From Candidatus Fimenecus sp. (GTDB taxonomy: Bacteria; Bacillota; Clostridia; Oscillospirales; Acutalibacteraceae): 64,000 bases of DNA. The DNA is taken from NCBI GenBank assembly GCA_045579305.1, contig JAZNLY010000056.1:29102-93101 (forward strand), read 5' to 3'. Positions 58,027-64,000 of the stretch are shown here, piece after piece. Under the pieces are notes generated by a model that ran no database searches, was not told the DNA's origin, and was given only the letters and a program-made list of their open reading frames with translations. Each line of letters opens with the position of its first letter. Position 1 is the first letter of the stretch. The translations under genes and the position numbers were made by a program.

Positions 58027-58599
58027 TTATGAGTTGTATCCTAATTCAAATGCTTTCTTATTCATTTCAACGAACTTTGGTGAAACTGTGTTTTCGATTG
58101 TAGTAATCCAGCTTTCATAAGGAATATTAAAATACTTTGCAGCCTTACCCATAAGAACAATATTAACAGCTTTCACAGAACCTGCCTGTTCAGCAAGTGA
58201 GAGAGCATCAAGTGCATCAACGCTGACACCTTTCTGAGTTAACTCATCAAGCACAGTTTCAGGATATTCTGCTGCACCGATAATAACAGGCATCGGGTCA
58301 ATCTGCTGAGTATTTACAACGATTTTGCCATCTTTTTTAAGGAAATTAGCATATCGTCCTGCTTCAAGCTTTTCAAATGAGATAATAATATCTGCTTCAC
58401 CATCTGTGATAATTGGTGAATAAACCTTATCACCGAAACGGACATAAGTTACAACAGAGCCACCACGCTGACTCATACCGTGAACTTCACTGACTTTTAC
58501 ATCATAACCTTCGTCAACCAAAAGACGACCTAACAATTTTGATGCGAGAAGACTTCCTTGTCCACCGACACCAACTATCATTACACTAACAGTTTTCAT
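58027..58599 (-). CDS. iorB: Indolepyruvate:ferredoxin oxidoreductase subunit beta
   Basis: MKTVSVMIVGVGGQGSLLAS start at 58599 after a GGAGGGG RBS. The ORF-track start at 58638 overlaps iorA. Confidence 0.9.
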   Translation of the reverse strand: MKTVSVMIVGVGGQGSLLASKLLGRLLVDEGYDVKVSEVHGMSQRGGSVVTYVRFGDKVYSPIITDGEADIIISFEKLEAGRYANFLKKDGKIVVNTQQIDPMPVIIGAAEYPETVLDELTQKGVSVDALDALSLAEQAGSVKAVNIVLMGKAAKYFNIPYESWITTIENTVSPKFVEMNKKAFELGYNS

Positions 58600-58615
58600 T
58601 TTAAGTCCCCTCCCT

Positions 58616-60346
58616 TTACACAATTGCGTCAAAGGCACAAAGTTGCTTACAAACTCCGCAACCTACACACAATGTTGCATCAACTTTTGCTTTTCCGTCT
58701 TTCATACTGATTGCAGGGCAACCAAGTGTCATACATCTCTTACATGAACGACATTTATCTGCATCAACTTTAAGTGGTGGTTGAGGCTTGACTGATTTAA
58801 GAAGCACACAAGGTCTGCGAGAAATAATAACTGATGGTTCTGAAACAGCAAGTTCTTCTTTGATAGCATCGTTACATGCTTTAAGGTCATAAGGGTCAAC
58901 AACTCTTACTCTGTTGATACCGAGAGCCTTACAAAGTGTTTCAAGGTCAACTTTTGCAGCAGGGTCACCCTTAATATTATAACCGGTTGTAGGATTCTGC
59001 TGATGTCCTGTCATACCTGTAATTGAGTTATCAACAATAATAACAGTTGAATTTGTAGCGTTATAAGCCACATTTACAAGACCTGTCATACCTGAATGCA
59101 TAAATGTTGAGTCACCGATAACTGCAACACTCTTCTTTTCTGCATCGCCACCTCTTGCAAGGTTAAAGCCGTGAAGTCCTGAAATTGACGCACCCATACA
59201 AAGAGTTGAGTCAAGAGCATTGAGTGGTGGTGCTGCACCAAGAGTGTAACAACCGATGTCACCAAGTGCTGTTACCTTATTCTTTGCAAGTGTATAGTAC
59301 AAACCTCTGTGAGGACAACCTGCACACATCATTGGCGGTCTGTTTGGAATAATGGCATCTGCTGATACACTTTCAGGTAATTCCTTACCGAACGCTTTTG
59401 CAATAGTTGCCTGAGAAAATTCACCTAAAATTGAGAACTTTTCTTTACCGATACATTCGATACCAAGTGATTTAACGTGATTTTCAATAAATGGGTCAAG
59501 TTCTTCAATAACATAAAGAGTTTTGACCTTTGATGCGAAATCCTTAATAAGTTTTACGGGTAATGGGTATGACATACCGATTTTAAGGACACTTGCACTG
59601 TCCCCCATAACTTCTTTTACATACTGGTATGAGCAACCTGATGTGATAATACCGATTTCGTCTGAATTCATTTCAACTGTGTTGTATTCACAGTTTTCTG
59701 CAAATTCCTGTAATTTAAGTGTTCTTTCCTCAACAAAAGGATGACGCTTAATCGCATTGGCAGGAGTCATTATGTATTTTGAAGGATTTTTTTCGTAATC
59801 CTTTAATGTTGCAAGCACTTTTTCGCTTGTTTCAACGATTGACTGACTGTGTGCAATTCTTGTACACATACGAAGAAGAACAGGTGTATCATATTGTTCT
59901 GACAACTCGAAAGCATTTTTTGCAAATGTGTATGCTTCCATTGAATCAGCAGGTTCAAGCATAGGCACTTTTGATGCCATAGCATAATGACGTGAATCCT
60001 GTTCATTCTGTGATGAGTGCATTGCAGGGTCATCGGCAACGCAGATTACAAGACCACCATTGACACCAGTATATGAAAGTGTGAAAAGTGGGTCTGCTGC
60101 CACATTAAGACCAACGTGCTTCATAGCACATGCTGAACGAGCACCTGCAAGGCTTGAGCCGAATGCAACTTCACAAGCAACCTTTTCGTTTGGTGCCCAT
60201 TCGCTGTGAATATCATCAAATTTACTTAAAAATTCTGTAATTTCAGTTGATGGTGTACCGGGGTAACTTGATACAACTGAAAGTCCACCATCATGCAATC
60301 CTTCTGCGACTGCCTGATTTCCTATCATCAATTTTTTCATATCCAA
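58616..60346 (-). CDS. iorA: Indolepyruvate:ferredoxin oxidoreductase subunit alpha
   Basis: 576 aa. TPP-binding GDSTF..SG region. C-terminal 2x[4Fe-4S] motifs (CRSCKRC...CP and CVGCGVC...C). Confidence 0.93.
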   Translation of the reverse strand: MDMKKLMIGNQAVAEGLHDGGLSVVSSYPGTPSTEITEFLSKFDDIHSEWAPNEKVACEVAFGSSLAGARSACAMKHVGLNVAADPLFTLSYTGVNGGLVICVADDPAMHSSQNEQDSRHYAMASKVPMLEPADSMEAYTFAKNAFELSEQYDTPVLLRMCTRIAHSQSIVETSEKVLATLKDYEKNPSKYIMTPANAIKRHPFVEERTLKLQEFAENCEYNTVEMNSDEIGIITSGCSYQYVKEVMGDSASVLKIGMSYPLPVKLIKDFASKVKTLYVIEELDPFIENHVKSLGIECIGKEKFSILGEFSQATIAKAFGKELPESVSADAIIPNRPPMMCAGCPHRGLYYTLAKNKVTALGDIGCYTLGAAPPLNALDSTLCMGASISGLHGFNLARGGDAEKKSVAVIGDSTFMHSGMTGLVNVAYNATNSTVIIVDNSITGMTGHQQNPTTGYNIKGDPAAKVDLETLCKALGINRVRVVDPYDLKACNDAIKEELAVSEPSVIISRRPCVLLKSVKPQPPLKVDADKCRSCKRCMTLGCPAISMKDGKAKVDATLCVGCGVCKQLCAFDAIV

Positions 60347-60366
60347 AATCTCTTTTCTCTATAAAT

Positions 60367-62001
60367 TTAAGATTTATTCTGTGAATCAACAAGACCTTCT
60401 GCACCATATATCTTACGAAGTTTTGGTTTTTCGATTTTACCCGTAGGATTACGAGGTACATCTGCAAAAATAATCTTTCGTGGTCTTTTGTATCTTGGTA
60501 AACTCTTACAGAATTCATTGATTTCTTCTTCTGTACAAGTCATACCCTGTTTAACTTCGATAATTGCAGTTGCAATTTCACCAAGTCGTGGGTCAGGAAG
60601 ACCGATAACAGCAACGTCCTTGATTTTTTCGTGCGCCGCCATAAAGTTTTCAATCTGTACAGGGTAAAGGTTTTCACCACCTGTGATGATAACATCCTTT
60701 TTACGGTCAACAAGGTAAATAAAGCCCTCTTCATCCTGCATAGCCATATCACCTGTTAAGAGCCAACCGTCTTTAAGTGTTGCTTTGGTTGCTTCTTCGT
60801 CACGATAATAGCAAGTCATAACACCAGGACCTTTAAGGCAAAGTTCACCAACATCACCTTGTGCTACTTCATTTCCGTCAGGGTCAACAATCTTTGTCTG
60901 CCAACCATAGCCCGGAACACCGATAGCACCAACCTTATGAACATTTTCAACACCTAAATGAACAGCACCCGGACCGATTGACTCGGAAAGTCCGTAGTTT
61001 GTGTCGTACTGCTGATTCGGGAAGTATTCAAGCCAACGCTTGATAAGACTCTGTGGTACTGGCTGTGCACCGATGTGCATAAGTCTCCAGTTTGAGAAAT
61101 CAAATTCATTCAAATCGATTTCGCCACGGTCAATAGCATTGAGAATATCCTGTGCCCACGGAACAAGAAGCCATACGATTGTGCATTTCTCGTCACTTGC
61201 AACTTTAAGGATATTTCTTGACTGTGTACCCTTTAAAATAATTGCCTTTGAACCACTTAAAAGACTACCGAACCAGTGCATTTTTGCACCTGTGTGGTAA
61301 AGTGGCGGAATACAAAGGAAACAGTCATCCTTCTGCTGATTATGGTGAGCCTGTTCACAACGGCAAGAGTGAATAAGGCTTTCGTGATTATGTAAAATTG
61401 CCTTTGGAAAGCCTGTTGTACCTGATGAGAAATAAATTGCTGCATCGTCGGACTCTTCAAGCCAGCATCCATGGTAAGAACTTGAACATTCAGAAACAAG
61501 TTCATTATAATCATCTGCAAATGCAGGACAACTTCCGCCAAAGTAAATAAGTTTGCATTTTTTACTGATTTTATCAGCAACCGCCTCAACTCGGCCTACG
61601 AATTCGTTACCGAAAACGAGAACATCAGCCTCTGCAAGGTCAAGACAATAGTCAATTTCGTCTGATGAATAACGGAAATTGAGAGGCACAACCAATGCGC
61701 CTGTCTTTAATATACCAAAATAAATAGGTAACCAGTCGATGCAGTTCATTAAAAGGATTGCGACCTTATTACCTTTTCCGATTCCGTTTTGTGAAAGCAT
61801 ATTTGCAAAACGGTTTGCTTTTTCCTCAAAAACACCCCAAGTGATTTCACGACGATAAGGACGTCTTGCACTTGATTCAACAAGTTCAAATTCACTCCAT
61901 GTGATTCGTCTTGTTTCAGGTTGTTCAGGATTGATTTCAACTAATGCCACATCATTTGGAAATTCACGGGCATTTTTTTCAAGTAAGTGTACAATGGTCA
62001 T
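60367..62001 (-). CDS. AMP-forming acyl-CoA synthetase (class I adenylate-forming family)
   Basis: 544 aa. YFSSGTTGFPKA, YGLSE, TGDMA and PRNPTGKIEK motifs. Lies 20 nt upstream of iorA. Confidence 0.85.
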   Translation of the reverse strand: MTIVHLLEKNAREFPNDVALVEINPEQPETRRITWSEFELVESSARRPYRREITWGVFEEKANRFANMLSQNGIGKGNKVAILLMNCIDWLPIYFGILKTGALVVPLNFRYSSDEIDYCLDLAEADVLVFGNEFVGRVEAVADKISKKCKLIYFGGSCPAFADDYNELVSECSSSYHGCWLEESDDAAIYFSSGTTGFPKAILHNHESLIHSCRCEQAHHNQQKDDCFLCIPPLYHTGAKMHWFGSLLSGSKAIILKGTQSRNILKVASDEKCTIVWLLVPWAQDILNAIDRGEIDLNEFDFSNWRLMHIGAQPVPQSLIKRWLEYFPNQQYDTNYGLSESIGPGAVHLGVENVHKVGAIGVPGYGWQTKIVDPDGNEVAQGDVGELCLKGPGVMTCYYRDEEATKATLKDGWLLTGDMAMQDEEGFIYLVDRKKDVIITGGENLYPVQIENFMAAHEKIKDVAVIGLPDPRLGEIATAIIEVKQGMTCTEEEINEFCKSLPRYKRPRKIIFADVPRNPTGKIEKPKLRKIYGAEGLVDSQNKS

Positions 62002-62098
62002 AACATATTCTCCAAAATCACAATATTTTAGTATTTTACTTCATTTACAATGAAAAATCAATAGACAGATTAAAATGAAAAAAATTTTATTTTCTCTA

Positions 62099-62148
62099 TT
62101 GACATATTTGCTTTAAAGTGCTAAACTTTAAAGTGTTAAAGCAAATAT
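62099..62148 (+). promoter_or_regulatory. Promoter with overlapping palindromic operator for the symporter gene
   Basis: TTGACA (62099-62104), 17-nt spacer, TAAACT (62122-62127). A perfect 13-nt inverted repeat, ATATTTGCTTTAA (62104-62116) and TTAAAGCAAATAT (62136-62148), encloses a CTTTAAAGTG direct repeat. Confidence 0.6.
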
Positions 62149-62204
62149 ACCACATCTCGACGTTATTGTCAAGAACAAAATTTTAAAATAAAGGAGTGAT
62201 TAAA

Positions 62205-63788
62205 ATGACAACAACAATGATGATTAGTATACCAATGCTTATATGTTTCTTCGCACTTATGATAGGTGTCGGTTTTTATTGCAGAAAGCACTCAACTAAT
62301 GTTGATGGTTTCGTTTTGGGTGGCAGAAGTGTCGGACCATGGCTTACAGCCTTCGCTTTCGGTACATCTTACTTCTCTGCAGTTATCTTTGTTGGTTACG
62401 CAGGACAGTTCGGTTGGAATTTCGGACTTGCATCAACTTGGATTGGTCTTGGTAATGCGTTTATCGGTTCACTTCTTGCATGGAGCGTTCTTGGCAGAAG
62501 AACAAGAGTTATGACACAGCATCTTGACTCAAAAACAATGCCTGACTTCTTTGAAAAGAGATATGATTCAAAGGCACTTAAGATTGTGGCTTCAGTTATA
62601 GTATTTATTTTCCTTATTCCATATACAGCATCTCTTTACAATGGTCTTTCTTCACTTTTTAACAATGTATTTGAAGTTCCTTATGCAGTTGTTGTAATCA
62701 TTATGGCTCTTCTTACAGGTATCTATGTTATATTTGGCGGATATATGGCTACTGCAATCAACGACTTTATTCAGGGTATCATAATGCTTATCGGTATTGT
62801 TGCAGTTATTGCTGCTGTACTTGCAAAAAACGGTGGATTTACTCAGGCTGTGGCTTCTCTCGGTGCAGAAGCAGGTGCTGAATTCACTTCTATGTTCGGA
62901 CCTAATCCGATTTTCCTTTTCTTTGTTGTTATGCTTACTTCTCTCGGTACTTGGGGATTACCACAGATGGTTGGTAAATTCTACTCAATTAAAGACGAAG
63001 GCTCAATTAAGAAAGGTACAATAATTTCTACAATCTTCGCAATTATTGTTGCCGGTGGTTGTTACTTCCTTGGTGGTTTCGGTAAACTTTACAAAGAAGA
63101 AATGATTGCAGGCGGTTACATCTCCAATACAGGGGCAGTTATGTTTGATAAGGTTGTTCCCACAATTCTTTCGGATTTAGCACCGGTAATCGTCGCACTC
63201 GTTATTGTACTTGTTCTTTCTGCATCAATGTCAACTCTTTCTTCCCTTGTACTTACATCTTCTTCAACACTCACACTTGATGTTATCAAACCTAAACTTG
63301 AGAAAAAAGCAAAGGTTGACGATAAAAAGAGTATCTTTATTCTTCGTGTTTTCATTGTATTCTTTATTGCAGTTTCAGCAGTTATTGCAATTCTTAAAGA
63401 CACTATCTGGTCAGAATCAGTATTCATAGCACAGATGATGGGCGTTTCATGGGGTGCTCTTGCAGGTGCCTTCCTTGCTCCTTTCCTCTATGGTTTATAC
63501 TGGAAAAAGACCACAAAAGCAGCAGTTGTTACAAGTTTTGTCTTCGGTACAGGGCTTGAAATTGTACAGTTACTTATAAGTATCGGACTTTTCAAGCCCA
63601 CCACACCGATTTTGAGTTTTGTATTTACAAACTCACTCTACTCCGGTGTATTCGCAATGGTTGGCGGACTTATACTTGTGCCAATAGTCAGCCTTTTAAC
63701 TCAAAAAACATTACCTGCAAAAGTGGATGAAAAATTCAGTTGCTATGATGCTAAAATCGTTACAAACGTAACAAATTCATTAGGATAA
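62205..63788 (+). CDS. Sodium:solute symporter (SSS) family transporter
   Basis: ~13 TM segments. The ATG at 62205 lies 8 nt after AAAGGAG; the ORF-track start at 62196 is a GTG. Confidence 0.85.
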   Translation: MTTTMMISIPMLICFFALMIGVGFYCRKHSTNVDGFVLGGRSVGPWLTAFAFGTSYFSAVIFVGYAGQFGWNFGLASTWIGLGNAFIGSLLAWSVLGRRTRVMTQHLDSKTMPDFFEKRYDSKALKIVASVIVFIFLIPYTASLYNGLSSLFNNVFEVPYAVVVIIMALLTGIYVIFGGYMATAINDFIQGIIMLIGIVAVIAAVLAKNGGFTQAVASLGAEAGAEFTSMFGPNPIFLFFVVMLTSLGTWGLPQMVGKFYSIKDEGSIKKGTIISTIFAIIVAGGCYFLGGFGKLYKEEMIAGGYISNTGAVMFDKVVPTILSDLAPVIVALVIVLVLSASMSTLSSLVLTSSSTLTLDVIKPKLEKKAKVDDKKSIFILRVFIVFFIAVSAVIAILKDTIWSESVFIAQMMGVSWGALAGAFLAPFLYGLYWKKTTKAAVVTSFVFGTGLEIVQLLISIGLFKPTTPILSFVFTNSLYSGVFAMVGGLILVPIVSLLTQKTLPAKVDEKFSCYDAKIVTNVTNSLG

Positions 63789-63796
63789 AAGATTAA

Positions 63797-63824
63797 GGAC
63801 TTGGAATCAACCCCAAGTCCTTTT
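63797..63824. terminator. Bidirectional terminator between the symporter gene and the convergent gene
   Basis: Stems GGACTTGG (63797-63804) and CCAAGTCC (63813-63820), flanked by A-rich sequence on one side and TTTT on the other. Confidence 0.6.
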
Positions 63825-63825
63825 G

Positions 63826-64000
63826 TTATATATTTAATATTCTTTTTGCATTTTTGTATAAAATCAGGTCTTTTTCGTCTTGTGAAAGTGGTAATGAATT
63901 CAAAGTTTCAATTTCTTCCCCCGCCCTGCTCCAAGGAGAATCTGAACCAAAGAGAATTTTATCAGCACTGTGTTTCTCAACAATTCTCAAAAACTGTTCG
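63826..64000 (-). CDS. Amidohydrolase/TatD-like metal-dependent hydrolase, C-terminal fragment (5' end outside window)
   Basis: My reverse translation: ...EQFLRIVEKHSADKILFGSDSPWSRAGEEIETLNSLPLSQDEKDLILYKNAKRILNI-stop. The stop is at 63826-63828. Confidence 0.5.
   Translation of the reverse strand, partial: EQFLRIVEKHSADKILFGSDSPWSRAGEEIETLNSLPLSQDEKDLILYKNAKRILNI

Noticed and set aside
1-64000. tRNA, rRNA, tmRNA, RNase P, SRP RNA, CRISPR arrays, intact IS/transposase, toxin-antitoxin or defence-system genes
   Set aside because: I scanned the intergenic regions and the ORF list. None showed the conserved sequences or architectures expected for these classes, and every ORF over 150 aa has a housekeeping or metabolic assignment.

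Overview
This is a low-GC Firmicutes/Clostridia chromosomal window, about 38-40% GC judged by eye and not computed. It is almost entirely housekeeping genes on the minus strand. In coordinate order they are:

- lysS-greA
- an ftsE-ftsX-M23-S41 envelope module
- coaD/rsmD and uvrC
- ptsH
- the trmD-rimM-KH-rpsP-ffh-ylxM block
- mutS2
- the recO-yqzL-era-dgkA-ybeY-phoH-yqfD-yqfC block
- ylbJ
- a long dcw cluster (mraZ-rsmH-ftsL-pbp-murE-murF-mraY-ftsW-murG-murA-ftsQ-ftsZ)
- ppa-pncB and hisHF
- an aryl-acid locus (acyl-CoA synthetase, iorAB, paaK-like, ACT) next to a divergent Na+/solute symporter

The sporulation genes (yqfC, yqfD, ylbJ, SpoVD/SpoVE-type genes) together with a cohesin+dockerin protein suggest a Ruminococcus-like Oscillospiraceae organism. 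That assignment is an inference only.

The only clearly accessory stretch is about 1-7050. It holds a GPH transporter / LRR lipoprotein / GH18 operon, a decayed GH29 fucosidase, mobile-element debris and short repeats abutting the lysS 3' end.

I saw no rRNA, tRNA, CRISPR array, intact transposase or recognisable defence system.

The most interesting signals, in my reading:

1. A Phe-specifier T-box leader sits directly in front of the paaK-like/ACT pair inside the iorAB locus.
2. An S41 peptidase homolog has both catalytic-dyad positions substituted. It lies downstream of ftsEX and a coiled-coil M23 protein.
3. GC-rich 'GTAGGG + hairpin' modules (REP/BIME-like) and a mirrored ~58-nt unit occupy two convergent intergenic regions.
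4. A one-cohesin/one-dockerin mini-scaffoldin is wedged next to ftsZ.

Nothing here convinces me of a wholly new multi-gene system. All homology calls come from motif recognition by eye, not from searches.
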